64,000 nucleotides of DNA from the NCBI GenBank assembly GCA_963575745.1, contig CAUYUJ010000328.1, forward strand, positions 1 to 64,000, given 5' to 3'. The notes beneath the pieces are model-generated. The model was not told the DNA's origin and made no database searches. It saw only the letters and a list, made by a program, of their open reading frames with translations. The position numbers and the translations under genes are program-made. This document shows, one piece after another, positions 25,741 through 37,925 of the stretch. The stretch comes from Prorocentrum cordatum. Taxonomy: Eukaryota. How positions within the stretch are numbered: the stretch's first letter is position 1; every line of letters begins with the position of its first letter.

Positions 25741-27017
25741 TGATATTGGCCTCTTCGGGCCTACCTGGAGGCCCTCTTGGAGGCCTCTTGGCTCATCTTC
25801 GAGACCTGTTAGGGGCCTCTTAGGCCGTCTTGTTCCATCTTAGAGCCATCTTGGGCCGTCTTGGTGTGCTCCTGGCCAGTCTGACGCCGTCTTGGGGGCC
25901 TCTCTGGGCCGACTTAGGGCCCTCTTGGGGTGCTCCAGGGCCGTCTTGGAGGCCATCTTGGGCGTTTTGGAGACCTCTTGAGCCGTCGTGGGGTTCTGTT
26001 GGTGCCGTCTTGGGGGCCTCCTCGGCGCTTGGGCCTTCTCGGGCCGTCGGAAGGCCGAAAGTAAGCAAATGCCACAATCCTTCAGAAACCAACTGGAAAT
26101 CAATGATTTTGGCATCTTCGGGCCTTCCTGGAGTACCTCTTGGCGGCCTCTTGGGGCCGTTTTGGAGGCCTCTAAGGGGCCTCTTGGGCCGTCTGCTGTC
26201 ATCTTGAGGCCGCCCGTGGCGAAACGCTCCGTCTTATCATAAGGCGTCTTGGGATAGGATCCCCAAGATCGCGATTTTTTCAGGACGTCCCGAGCAAGCT
26301 GGCCGTGCGGGAGGCACGGCAGCCACCTTTTCCGGGAGGCGGGCGGGAGGCCCGGGGGAGAGCTCTCTCACGAAGGGAAGCAACACAAGACTAGTGGGGT
26401 CAAGCACGCCAGGCACTCCTGTGATGAATCAACAGGGGGCGGCGGATCGAGGGGCCTTCGGCCCAACCCGCCACCGTGCCCGGGTTGTAGGTCGGAGGCG
26501 TCTTGGATGCCCATGGGGTCTCTTGCGTCGGAAGCTTCTTGGAGGCGGTTTTGGGGGGTGTCTTGGGGCCCCTCAGGGGCCTCCTGGTATGTGTTGGAGC
26601 CTGGTTTGGGCCTTTTGATGGCCTCCTGGGGCTTTGGGGAGCGTCTTGGGGACATGCCAACTTGTCTTCGTGGGGCAGGGGGCGCGAAATGTCAGTTTGA
26701 GTTCCCCCTCCTGCGAACCCTTCTGGGCCCTCTTGGGGCCGTCATGGGCTGCCTTGGGGGACTCTTTGGCAGTCATGGGGCCCTCTGGGGTGCCTCTTGG
26801 GATGATCTGGAGAGCCTCTTGGGCCGTCTGGGGGCCTCGGAAGCGTGAAAAGGCGAGAACGCTACATCCGTTCTGAGAAACGTATGGATTTGGAATTTTG
26901 AGGGGGGCTCTTGAAGCCCTCTTGGAGCGTCGTTCGGCATCTTGGGACGTCTGGAGGCCATCTTGGGTGTTGGGGAGTGATATTCGGACGACTCGGAGCC
27001 CTCTCGGACCTGTAAAG

Positions 27018-27113
27018 GGGCGGACCTCTGTAAAATATGGGAGCATTTGGGGAATCCTGTTGTTTGTGTCCATTTGTTTGTGTGTCCCAGGTCCCCTTTA
27101 CAGAGGTCCGCCC
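27018..27113. mobile_element. Short MITE-like element, family C
   Basis: Perfect 17-bp TIR gggcggacctctgtaaa / tttacagaggtccgccc; the core aaaatatggga.cat...ggggaatcctg...tgtgtgtccc.gg.cccct recurs at ~2960-3030, 52870-52990 and 59615-59810. Confidence 0.7.
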
Positions 27114-28071
27114 GCCAGACCCGCCCGTTAGGGCCCGCCCGCCCGACCCGCGGTGGTCCGTCCTTGCCTCGGAATGTGCCCAGGACCTGGCACTCCACAC
27201 ACTTTTTGCGTCGGCGACTAGGCAGAGTGACTGCGCTGGCGGAAAGGCATTGTCTTGGCATCGCTCGGACGTGTGCAGTTTTCCTTCGGCGAGGACCATC
27301 GAGGACCATCGAGGAGCATCCTTGAGCATCGGGGGCTCGGAGCACGCCGGCACGGACGAGCGATCTTGGAGCCATCTTGGACTATCTGGGACCCTCTTGG
27401 CGCCATGTTGAGCCATCTTGGACGCTCAACCCCTCGCTGAACGCCACCTCCAGACCCAGGGGGAGGGGAGATGTGGAGGGGGGACCTCCCCCAAGGGGAC
27501 GAAGTAGGTTAGTAGATCGAGCAAGCTCGCTAGACCACTCACGCCCTCAAGGGCTGGTGGCATCAGTGTTGTTGTCGTATTTCCTTGATCCCATCTCTGG
27601 GAAAGCTGGAGTCACCTTCGGCCAGGATCACTCATGGAACCGCCACCTCCCCAGACATGCGTCGTTCAGATTTTTTCAGTACGCGGCCCCCAGAAGTCCC
27701 GACCCGGAAGTCCCGAGCTTTTCCCCAGGACAGGCTTTCCATCCCGAGTCCTTCTTTGACGGTCCCGGGGCCCCGCGAGGGCCCCCCTGAGGCCGAACAT
27801 TGTGAAACACCTCCGTCCTGAATCTTCTGCCCTTCCTCCCCTCCCTCCTCCCTTCTGCCCTTCCTCCCCTCCATTCCTCCCCTCCCTCCGCATAAGCCGC
27901 GCTCGCCTGAGTAGGATATCCCTCTCGCACAGGTGGTCCGTCCGTCCTCCCCTCCCTCCCCCCGCCCTGCGGCGCGCCTGCGGAATCCAACGCTCCCGGC
28001 GGACTGGGGCATGCCCTCGTTGCAGGAGCGGCCGCCTGGGTCGTCGGAGCCGGCGCCGTGGCCGCTTGCCG

Positions 28072-28545
28072 CCCCTCCTCCTCCTCCTCCTCCTCCTCCT
28101 CCTCCTCCTCTCCCCTCCCTCCTCCTCCTCCTCCTCCTCCTCCTCCTCCTCCTCCTCCTCTTCCCCCCTCCTCCTCCTCCTCCTCCTCCTCCTCCTCCTC
28201 CTCCCCTCCTCCTCCTCCTCCTCCGCTTCCTCCTCCCCTCCTCCTCTCTCCTCCTCCTCCTCCTCCTCCTCCTCCTCCTCCTCCTCCTCCTCCCCCTCCT
28301 CCTCCTCCTCCTCCTCCTCCTCCTCCTCCTCCTCCTCCTCCTCCTCCTCCTCCTCCTCCTCCTCCTCCTCCTCCTCCTTCCTCTCCTCCTCTCCTCCTCA
28401 TTCCTCCTCCTCCTCCTCCCTCCTCCTCCTCCTCCTCCTCCTCCTCCTCTCCTCCGCCTCCTCCTTCCTCCTCCTTCTCCTCCTCCTCCTCCTCCTCCTC
28501 CTCCTCCTTCCCATCCTCATCTTTCCTCCTCTCTCCTCCGCCCCC
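28072..28545. repeat. (CCT)n microsatellite
   Basis: Direct reading. Confidence 0.95.
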
Positions 28546-29348
28546 CCCGCATCGTCCCTCCTCGGCATCCTGGTGCCGATGTGTTGACGCATGTCAGTGC
28601 ATGCAACCCCTGCTCCTGGAACGACAGTCGAGTTTGATTTAGTAGGTCGAGCCTGCCAAGTCGAGGGCACCCTCGTGTTCGGTGTTTCGCCAACCATGCC
28701 ACGTACATTCCTGTGCGAATGACTCCCTCGGAGGGGCTTGTGTCCTCTCGCGTGTCCTCTCCAATCGAACTCGACTATGACTGCGGGGGCAACTGTGTCG
28801 TCGCTGGTGTAGGGGCCTGTGAGCACCTAGGGCCAGCATGGCCACGCGGAGAGGCGCGCGGCAGCAAGCGTGATGCAGGATTTGCTGATGTTTGCATCTT
28901 CGGTGCGTCTCGCAACACCAGGTACAACATCCGCCGATGTGTCAATATTGGTCCTTATCCCTGAGAAAGTTGGGGTCAACTTCGGCCACATCAACCCCCT
29001 ACCCTCCCTGCAGTGCGGCTCGTGGCGATCTCGTTCGTTTTGACATGGGTTTGCAGCCATGCTTAGATAGTAGGTCACGGACGCTCCCGCTTGTCTTGCC
29101 TTGACTGCATACGTCGAATAGCATCCAGCAGCGCTCAATTGCGCCCAATTGACCAATGTAGCGCCCACCAGCGTCCAGACGGCGCCCCGTAGTGCCGCAA
29201 TATGAGGATGATGCGTTACGTCCGCTTTGCGCGCTCTTGGACGCGCTAGTGGGCGCCACGGGAACGACCAAAAGCTTCCGTGAGGCAGCCATGCATTGTT
29301 ACTTGCCCTGTCATTCCTGGCAGCACCACTGTTTAACAAATGCCTTGC

Positions 29349-30038
29349 CGAAGGACCCAACCATATGCAGCAATGAGTGCCCCCGTTGTGAGTATCGCCC
29401 TCGGTGGAGCTTCATATGGGCACCCGAAACGTGTGAGGGGTGTGCCGAAATAGAGGCGGCGGTGCCATGCGAACACTGCCACTGGTGCATTTGGCGGAGC
29501 TCCTCATGGGGCCACGAAACGCGTAATGGGTGTGCAGGAATGGAGGCGGCGGTGCCATGCGAACCCTACCACTGGGGCCTTCGGCGGAGCTCCCTATGGG
29601 CACGCGAAACGTGTGACGGGTGTGCCGAAATGGAGGCGGCGGTGCCATGCGAACCCTGCCATTGGGGCCTTCGGTGGAGCTCCTTATGGCGCCACGAAAC
29701 GTGTGAGGGGTGTGCCGAAATTGGTGCGGTGATGACGGCGATGGTGATGACGATGATGGTGATGATGACGGCGATGCCGGTGGTGATGATCCTGATGATG
29801 AGGAGGATGATGATGCTGCTGCTGCTGGTGATGATGACAATGAGGTCATGCGGAGCGCGGAGGCCAGAGGCAGGGATGGGAGGGGGGAGGAGGCGGGAGG
29901 AGGGAGGCGGGTGGAGGACGCGGGGCGCTGTCCCCCCTCCCCCTCCTCCTCCTCCTCCTCCTCCTCCTCCTCCTCCTCCTCCTCCTTCCTCCTCCTCCTC
30001 CTCAAAACGAGGGCCCAGCACCACAGGATGGCTGGGAA
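29349..30038 (+). mobile_element. Satellite-carrying element copy 2, Helitron/Helentron-like (inferred)
   Basis: 22-bp lead-in at 29349-29370, ~3.5 x 90-bp units (29400-29722), microsatellites, then caaaacgagggcccagcaccacaggatggctgggaa. Confidence 0.55.
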
Positions 30039-30234
30039 GAGCCTGGCAGCCCCCCGCCGCGCGCCGCGGGCGCGAGAGCGCCCTCCCGCCGAGGAGCGCC
30101 ACGAGCCGCACCAGCAGGCGTCTCCCCGCCGGCCCGCGCGCGCCCTCTGCCGCGGGGCCGCGCCGTCGACGGCGGCAGCGGCTGTGCTGACGTCGCGGTG
30201 GCGATGGCGACGACGACGGCGGCGACGACGAGGA

Positions 30235-30789
30235 CCTCCTCCTCCTCCCCCTCCCTGTCCCCCCCCTCCTCCTCCTCCTCCTCCTCCTCCTCCTCCTCTT
30301 CCTCCTCCGCCTCCTCCTCCTCCTCCTCCTCCTCCTCCTCCTCCTCCTCCTCCTCCCTCCTCCTGCTCCTGATCCTCCTCCACCTCCTCCTCCTCCTCCT
30401 CCTCCTCCTCCTCCTCCTCCTCCTCTTCCTCCTCCTCCTCCTCCTCCCCCCCTCCTCCTCCGCCTCCTCCTCCTCCTCCTCCTCCTCCTCCTCCTCCTCC
30501 TCCTCCTCCGCCCCGAGGGAGCCCCTCCCGTAGGGGAGGGGTCGGGACCCCAGGGTCCTCCTGGCGCAGGCGGGGAGCGCCGGGCCCGAGGGGCGAAAAG
30601 CCCCCGCTCCCCTGGGACGGCCCCCATAAGCGGGGTCCCCTTCCCAGGGGGGGCTGCCAGGTCCCGGGACCTCCCCCAGGGCGGCGCAGGGTTCCCCCCC
30701 TGCGTTCGCCGCCTTGGGGCGGGGCTGGCGGTCCGTCCCCCCGTCATGTCGTGTCGTCGACGTCGTCGTCGTCGTTTTCGTCGTCGCCA

Positions 30790-30853
<64 letters not shown>

Positions 30854-31435
30854 GGTCCCGGGGTCCGGGTCCGTTTTCGCCCTGCCCCTTGGGCGTGCGG
30901 GTGGCCCTTCCGTTCGGCCTCCCCCTTTGTGGAGTCGGATCCTTTCGGTTGGGGCCTCCCGCCTGCCCGTGGGGCGGGGCCCTTTTTCCCCGTGTCGGTC
31001 GGTCGGACTCGCCCGCCGGCTGAGCGCGCGGGGCACCGCGGCGGGGCCGCGTGTGAAATCCTGTGGGCTGAATCTAAATCCTCCTCCTCCTCCTCCTCCT
31101 CCTCCTCCTCCTCCTCCTCTCCTCCTCCTCCTCCTCCTCCTCCTCCTCCTCCTTCCTCCTCCTCCTCCTCCTCCTCCTCCTCCTCCTCTTCCTTCTCCTC
31201 CTCCTCCTCCTCCCTCTCCTCCTCCTCCTCCCCTCCTCCTCCTTCTCCTCCTCCTCCTCCTCCTCCTCCTCCTCCTCATCCTCCTCCTCCTCCTCCTCCT
31301 CCTCCTCTTCCTCTTCCTCTCCTCCTCCTCCCCCCCCTCCTCCTCCTCCTCCTCCTCCTCCTCCTCCTCCTCCTCCTCCTCTCCTCCTCCTCCTCCTCCT
31401 CCTCCTCGTCCTCCTCCTCCTCCTCCTCCTCCTCC
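30235..31435. repeat. (CCT)n, (GTC)n and (CCT)n microsatellite cluster
   Basis: Tracts at 30235-30510, 30750-30853 and 31080-31435. Confidence 0.9.
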
Positions 31436-31754
31436 GGGGCCCACGTCACGAACAAAAACATGACGTCGGAGGGGGAGGGGAGTGGTACCTTCAGTGCCGC
31501 TGGCTTCGGCTGCTCTGGGCACTCCCGGGGCCGGCCTGGGGCCCTGTCGGGGCGTCCTCGGCCGTCATGGTGGGGGCCCTTTTGGCCTTCGTGGGAGGCG
31601 TTTTTCGAGGAGGGGCCATTGTGAAGCATGCAGCCTGAGTGAGTGAGAGAGGGAGAGAGGGAGAGAGGAGAGAGGAGAGGGGGAGGGAGAGATAGAGAGA
31701 GAGGGAGAGAGAGCGATACCTATTTGTATAGATAGAGGGAAGGAGAGAGAGAGG

Positions 31755-31787
<33 letters not shown>

Positions 31788-32744
31788 GAGGGCAGGTGAG
31801 CGAGAGAGGAGGGAGACCGAGGACGGAGGAGAGGGAGGAAGGGCGGGAAAGAGAGAGAGAGAGAGAGAGCGACCCTGGATGGATGCCCCCCTTGCCGCCG
31901 GTGGTGGCGCCTGGGGGAGGGTCCGAATGGGGAGACTGCTGTCGAGTGCCCCCGCAGACCCGGTCCAGTGGCGGTGGTGGTGCGATGTGTTTGGGGGGGG
32001 GACGACGTAGCAACACATGTGAATGGGGGGCCAGCAAGTTTGTCTGCCCCCAACACCCCACACACAACGTCGCACACGCACACACCACCACCACCTCCTC
32101 TCCTTCCTCCTCTGCCTTCCTCTGCCACCTCCCCCCCCCTCCCTACCACCTCCCCCTCGTCGTCCTCCTCCCTCCCCCTCCCTCCTTCCGAAGGGTTGGA
32201 ATGCGGTAGAGTCCCCCCGCAGTCCCAGCCCAGTGCGGAGGGGGTGCGGTGGGTTTTTTTGGGGGCAGAACAAAACATTCAAAAACACAGAAAACACATG
32301 TGGATAGGGGAGTGGCAGGTTTTTTTTTGTACCACAGCCCAACACCCAACGCACGCACGTAAGTTACACACCACCTCCTCCTCCTCCTTTTTCCTCCTCC
32401 CTCTACCACCTCCCCATCCCTCTACCACAGCCCCCTCCTCGTTTTCCTCCCTCCTCCCTCCTCGCTCTGCCACTCCCCCTTCCCCCCTCCTTCTACCACC
32501 TCCCTCCTCCCTCCCCCTTTTCTACCACCTCCCCCTCCCTTCTTGTACGTTTCCACTTGTCAATCATGCAGACGAGCTGTATTGGTGCTGTGCCACTTTG
32601 CGTAATCACATGACCCCGCTACATAACACCAGCCACTGCGCGCAAGTGCGCACGCCCTACTTGATTCATCTACGATGCAGTGCAAACTATACCTGGCTAT
32701 CCCCCAGTTTCTGTGTCTTTTTTCTCTCCGCCCCCCTGAGGTAT

Positions 32745-34680
32745 CATGATGAAGGGCTCTCACTGAAGGAATCCTTACTGAAGGCACCCCTGACATGAAG
32801 GATCTCTTCCTGTTGGAAGTCCAAAAATAAGGAGTCCTTACTACAGGGGCCCTAACTGAGCAGCTTCTTAGTCATGGCACCTCCTTCAACGAAGCCTCAT
32901 TCATATCATCCGTAGTAAAGACCCCATCGCTACTTGCACTCTTGTTCCGTCCCCGCATCCTCATTCGGGAATCCTTACGGAAGGAAGGAGGGGACTTTTA
33001 GACCAGGCATCGTCATTAAGGGGCACTCTGCGAGATATACCATGACGATGGCCCCCTGATTAGATGTATCTTGACGATGACACCCTTTCGAAAAGAGACA
33101 TGGGCACCTAAGCGTGACGACAGGCATCATACCAATTGGGTCCTCATTCTGGGCGTCCCGTGGTAACGACTTCTTCTCGGATGAACCCACACATGCCTAC
33201 ACAGTACGGCGATCCACGGCACAGGGGCGTTTACGACATATTCGTTGATAAAAACCAGGCACCCTTACTAACGATTGTTTGCGTATCCACGAACTCGTAC
33301 CGCAGGCATGCGTACGGATGGAATTCGTATCGAAGGCACTCTCTGTCTACAGAACTTGAGTTAATGGGTCAAGCGTAATGAAATCTTACTACTCGGACCC
33401 TTATCAAGGCGATGAGTACTGCAGGCAGTCTTACCAGGGATTCCTCATGAGGGGATCCGTGCTGAGGAAACAACGGTCAACGCATCTTTGCTGAGGAATG
33501 CGAGCCACAAGTACCCCCGCTAAGGAATCCTCATTATAAGGATACTTCCTCAGAATTCCGTGACGCTGGCATCCTTGCGAGCGGATGTTTACCAAAGGAG
33601 GTTGTGTTTAAAGGCCCTTCGCTAAACAGGTCATGCCGAGAAAGGGCCCCTTTGCCACAAGCATCCTTACAAATGGTTTCCAGCACTTGCCCTAGTGGAG
33701 GCGTTCGAATGGTGTTCCATGGGGGTTCATTGGTTGGGCCTTGCGTGAATATGAAAGGAGGAGGAGCCAGAGAGCCAGAGAGAGGGGGGGGTGGAAGAGA
33801 AAGAGAGCGAGAAAGAGAAAGAGAGAGAGAGACCCGCCATGTCTTCCAGCCACTTCCCCCCCTCTGTGCTGTGGGCTGTGTGAGCGAGCGACCAGTGCCC
33901 CCTTGGTGTCCTCCGTTCTACGGGTTCCTTCCTACAGGGCTCCTCAGCATGGAACCTTTGTTTGAAGCCATCCTTACTGCGGACCCCATGACTAAAGGCA
34001 TCCTTACGAGTTAAGATTGAAGAAGGCAGAATGAGCAATGAAAACTTGCTACAGGGATCCGCACCGAGGGAAGATGTATTGTTACTGCAGTATTGCCAGG
34101 GATCCTTATTGAGGCTCCCTCGGTGGGGGCATCCTTATTGGCGACTACATGCCGAACGCGCATTGATTAATAATCCTTCATTCGAAAGTCCTCGCTCAGG
34201 GTTCCTGCATGCAGGCATCCGTACCCATGGATGCTGAAACAGTTCGTAATATGGAACCTCACTAAAAGAGATGTTTACCAGGGTCCTTGGCACATCATTC
34301 TTATGACGGGTCTCCAGCAATGGCCCCAATGGAGGCCTTGTGAGCGAGGGAGAGAAAGAGAGAACACAAGAACGAGAGAGAGAGAGAGAGAAAGCAACCA
34401 TTTCCTCCTGGCACTTCCCCCTCTGTGCTGTGGGCTGCGTGAGTGACCAGCAAGGGCCCCATCCCATATCCCCCTCCCTGCGGACTCCTTAGTAAAGCAC
34501 CCCTTGACCAGGAACCCTGACTGAAAGCATCATTCTTCAGCAGTCCGTGCGAAAGGAAACAGTCGTATGGAACCCTTGCTACAGGGACCCTTCCTGCGGG
34601 GATCCCCTGTGCTGCGAGCGCATAGTGGGAGGAAAAGAGACCCCCCGAGCATTGTCTTCGAACTTCCAACCCCACGCCTG
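32745..34680. repeat. Old, decayed GGATCCTTACT-like minisatellite field with an internal duplication
   Basis: Recurrent gg(a)atccttact/ggcatcctta motifs; the (GA)n + cacttcccc(cc)ctctgtgctgtgggctg block occurs at ~33790-33895 and ~34345-34450. Confidence 0.6.
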
Positions 34681-35117
34681 TTGGCAGTGGGTTGGAACTC
34701 CATGGGCTATGCTCGGAGGGTCCTGCTTCTTTCGGTCGACTGGCTGTCCTCCAGGATGCCTTCAGACTGTCAATTTACCCTCCAGGATACCCTTCTCTGC
34801 GCCACGGTCCTGGAGGAAGAGGGAGAAGGAGGAGGAGGAGGAGGAGGAGGAGGATGAGGAGGAGGAGGAGGAGGAACACGAGGAGGAGGAGGAGTGGGTG
34901 TGAGGCACGACGGCGCCCAGGGCTCGTGCGGCGGAGCGCAGGCTCCACCAACACGGCCTGGCCTCCGACCTTCGCGGGGGGGGGGGGGCCTCCTCGGAGG
35001 CAGTCGGGGGGGGGGGGAGGGCGGGGGGACCACGGCCGGGCTCGCCCCGGGGAGCTGCGGGTCGGAGCGCGTGCAGGGCCGGGCCCGGGGGGCCAGAAAG
35101 ACGGGCTGGGAGGATTC

Positions 35118-35314
35118 GGGGAACGAGAAGTGGCATAAAACATAGATACTCGGAGGTCCGCGCGGATTCCCTCGGATCGGCGCTGGGGCCCCCTGGCGGC
35201 GCCTCCGGCGCCGCCCCTGGCGCGCTCCGCGCGCCAGGGAGGGGGGTCCAGCGCCGATCCGAGAAATCCGCGCGGACCTCCGAGTTTTTATGTTTATGTC
35301 CCTTTTTGTTCCCC
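35118..35314. mobile_element. MITE family B copy (long ~65-bp TIR)
   Basis: ggggaac...cataaa..actcggaggtccgcgcggatt..ctcggatcggcgctgg is inverted at the right end, followed by TA. Confidence 0.88.
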
Positions 35315-35323
35315 TAAGGATGC

Positions 35324-35556
35324 CAAGCAGTGGCGAGGCGTCCCGGCTCGCCTATAGGCCCACCGCAGAATGTTCCAAGAGCCTCTTGTGGTCTGCACGA
35401 CATGTTCTTTGAAGTTTTCTGGCTGAGTCAGATTTGTTTTGACGCGTCGGGTCTATGTTCTAAGGACATTGGTTTTGTTATTCGAGCGTTTGTGGGTTCT
35501 GAGAACATGTCGTGGTAGGCCTGCAGGAATGCCAGGACGGTCGGTCCCTGCTCAAG
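35324..35556 (+). mobile_element. Dispersed ~230-bp family D copy
   Basis: caagcagtggcga...ggaatgcc.ggacggtcggtccctgctcaag; further copies at 41328, 41878 and 49222. Confidence 0.85.
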
Positions 35557-37384
35557 TTGGGAGGAGGGGGGTGGTCTCGCGCATGTTGAAGGTGTTTCTA
35601 TGACATGTTCGTGCCCTGTATCTTCACAACCCTTCCCTCACAACACGACGCGCGCCGGTCGTTGAAACTAGGTATTCCTGGACTCCCAGATCCCAATCTG
35701 CTTCAAGCGCCCTCCCACTCCAAGAATTGACGGGGTCCTGCTGTGTTTTGTGATTCTCTGGGCGGGCCCGAGCCCACTCTGCTTTGTCCGCCTTCCTACT
35801 TCATGTTTCCACGCGCTTCTTCCCGCTGGCGGGTAATTGTCCTTTTCACGGGGTCGACTGGACGGGAACTTACAGTATGGGCCCGAGCACAAGAAACCTT
35901 CCACAAGGAACCCAACCCCGAGACCCCAGGATGTCCACGGACTCTTGGCGTGGGAAAGCCACGCCTTCCACAGCAAAACCATCGAAGCCCAATAAACCCA
36001 GGGCACCCTGGAGGCAAGCAGGGTGTCTCCTGGCATGGGCCCCCACTGCATCTCTGGGGACCTCGGCAGGCGGTCGCTGTGGACAGCTCCAGGCCCGGGG
36101 TGGCCACCGCTCGCCGGGGCTCCAGGACGTCGGTCCCATACAGGCGGTGACTGTGGATCTCGGGGGCTCCCAAGTTGGCGCGGTGGCCACACCGTGTGGC
36201 GATGAGTCAGTGGGAACACAGGCGGTGGATGTGGACCGGGGGCTCCCAAATGGTGCTGTGGCCACACCGTGTGGCGACGAGTCGGTGGGAGTTTCGGGGC
36301 TGGGGTCGTTCTCCGAGGATGTCTCGGAGGACTGGGGCCTCCAGGACCCTGAAGCCGTGTGGTGACGGACCGCGCGGTGAGGTCGTGGGGGGTTCCGAGC
36401 CCACCACGCGATCCGTCACCACACGGTCTCGGGGGCCCGACATGAGCCCAGACGAGCGACGTCTTGCGTTTCTCAATGCGGAGCCCCCAGAAGTCCCGAC
36501 CCCTTCCACGGAATCGGCTCTTCGTCCCGAGTCGTCTTTTGACGGTCCCGGGGCCTGGTCAGGGCCCCCAGAGGCCGAGAAAGGCCAAAAATAATTCCCC
36601 GCCCCGCCTCCTCCTCCTCCTCCTCCTCCTCCTCCTCTTCCTCCTCTTCCTCCTCCTCCTCCTGGTTTTTCCGCTGCGCGAGCACGTCTGGGCAACACCG
36701 CCTCGCAGGCCGTGCCGGCCCTGGGGCCGCTGGGCGCTGCGGCAGGAAGGGGCACGGCGGGCGGCGCCTCGAGGGCGCGGGCCCCTGGGCTGCCCGCGTC
36801 GGGCACCGGGCGCGCCGAGAAGAGCTGCGCAGCGAGCAGCCGGCCCCCGGGGGGCGGGGTGGAGAGCGCAAGCGGGGCCCACGAGGCCTCCAGGAGGCCC
36901 CCAAGAGGACCCCCCCAGGAAAGGAGCCCCCAAGAAGGCACCAAGAGGGCCGAGAGGCCCCCCCCCCAAGACGGCCCCAAGAGGGCCCAGGAGGGGCCCG
37001 GGAGGGGGACCTTGAGCTGACACGTCGAGGCCCCTCCGCCCCAAGAGGACCCAGGGGGCCTGGCGCGATGGGGTGGCTGGGCCTCTGAGGGGGCTGCGGG
37101 GCTTCTTAGGAGGCAAGGGCCGTCCTGAAAGGCATGGGAGGCCTCCGAGAGGCTGGCTGGGCTCCCCCCTGCCTCCTCACAGAAGGCCCCGCCGCCTCCG
37201 CAGAAGCCCTCCCTCCGCGCGCTGCCTGCCCCCCTCCGAGCGGGCGCGGGGGCCCCCTGGCCAGGGACGAGGCGCGACCGCGGGAGGGGCCAACGGCTGG
37301 CCGAGGCGAGAGGCTGCCGCGCAGAGCTGGGCTTCTGCGCGCGGTGGGGAGCCGTCGTGCCTGCCCGCCTTGGTGCACCGTCCT

Positions 37385-37925
37385 CCCCAGACCCCCTCGA
37401 GTAGTGACATCATCAGGACGGGAGGTTTCTCTTAATTTTCGGCCTCTGGCCCTCACCGGGCCTCGGGAGCGTCCCCAAAAACGACCCAGGATGCAGAGCC
37501 GGTCATTGGGGAAAGGGTCGGGGCCTCTGGGGGACGACGCAAGGAGCAAGTCGTTACTATGCGTCGGGGGTCTGGGCCCCGCTCGCCCTCGCCGTCGGAC
37601 CGAGGTGTGGATCGAGGCCGCCTCGGGGAGGGTGCCCTCGCGTTCCTTCGTGCCCGCGGGAGCGTCCTGTGCACCCTGGGGAGGGAGGTGCCCCCCGGAC
37701 GCAGTGCGCGCGTCCTTGGCCGGCGGAGGGCCCCGCGCGCTCTGTCCCGGGCTCGACTGTCGCTGCCTTCCCGCCCTGCTCCCCAGAGATCCGATGTCGT
37801 GATTTGTTCAATGCGCGGTCCCCGAAAGTCTCGGCCCATTCCCCAGGACCGGTTTTTCATCCGGTGTCGTTTCCTGACGGCCCCGATGCCCGGCGAGGGC
37901 CCCCTGGGGGCCGGAATTTGCGAAA
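37385..37925. mobile_element. Family E repeat: two inverted arms (37436-37535 and 37815-37922)
   Basis: Arms are homologous to 27660-27800 and 36465-36592 (one orientation) and to 4432-4500, 42278-42445 and 42870-42970 (the other). Confidence 0.65.

Larger units (their letters stand above)
22500..26970. repeat. TCTTGG-rich (gccgtcttgg/ggcctcttgg/gccatcttgg) repeat field with ~370-420-bp higher-order units
   Basis: The block gacgccgtc...gggggcctctctg..ccgactt...ggccgtcttggaggccatcttg...gggccgtcggaaggccga recurs at ~23700-23920, 24827-25070 and 25883-26060. Confidence 0.85.
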
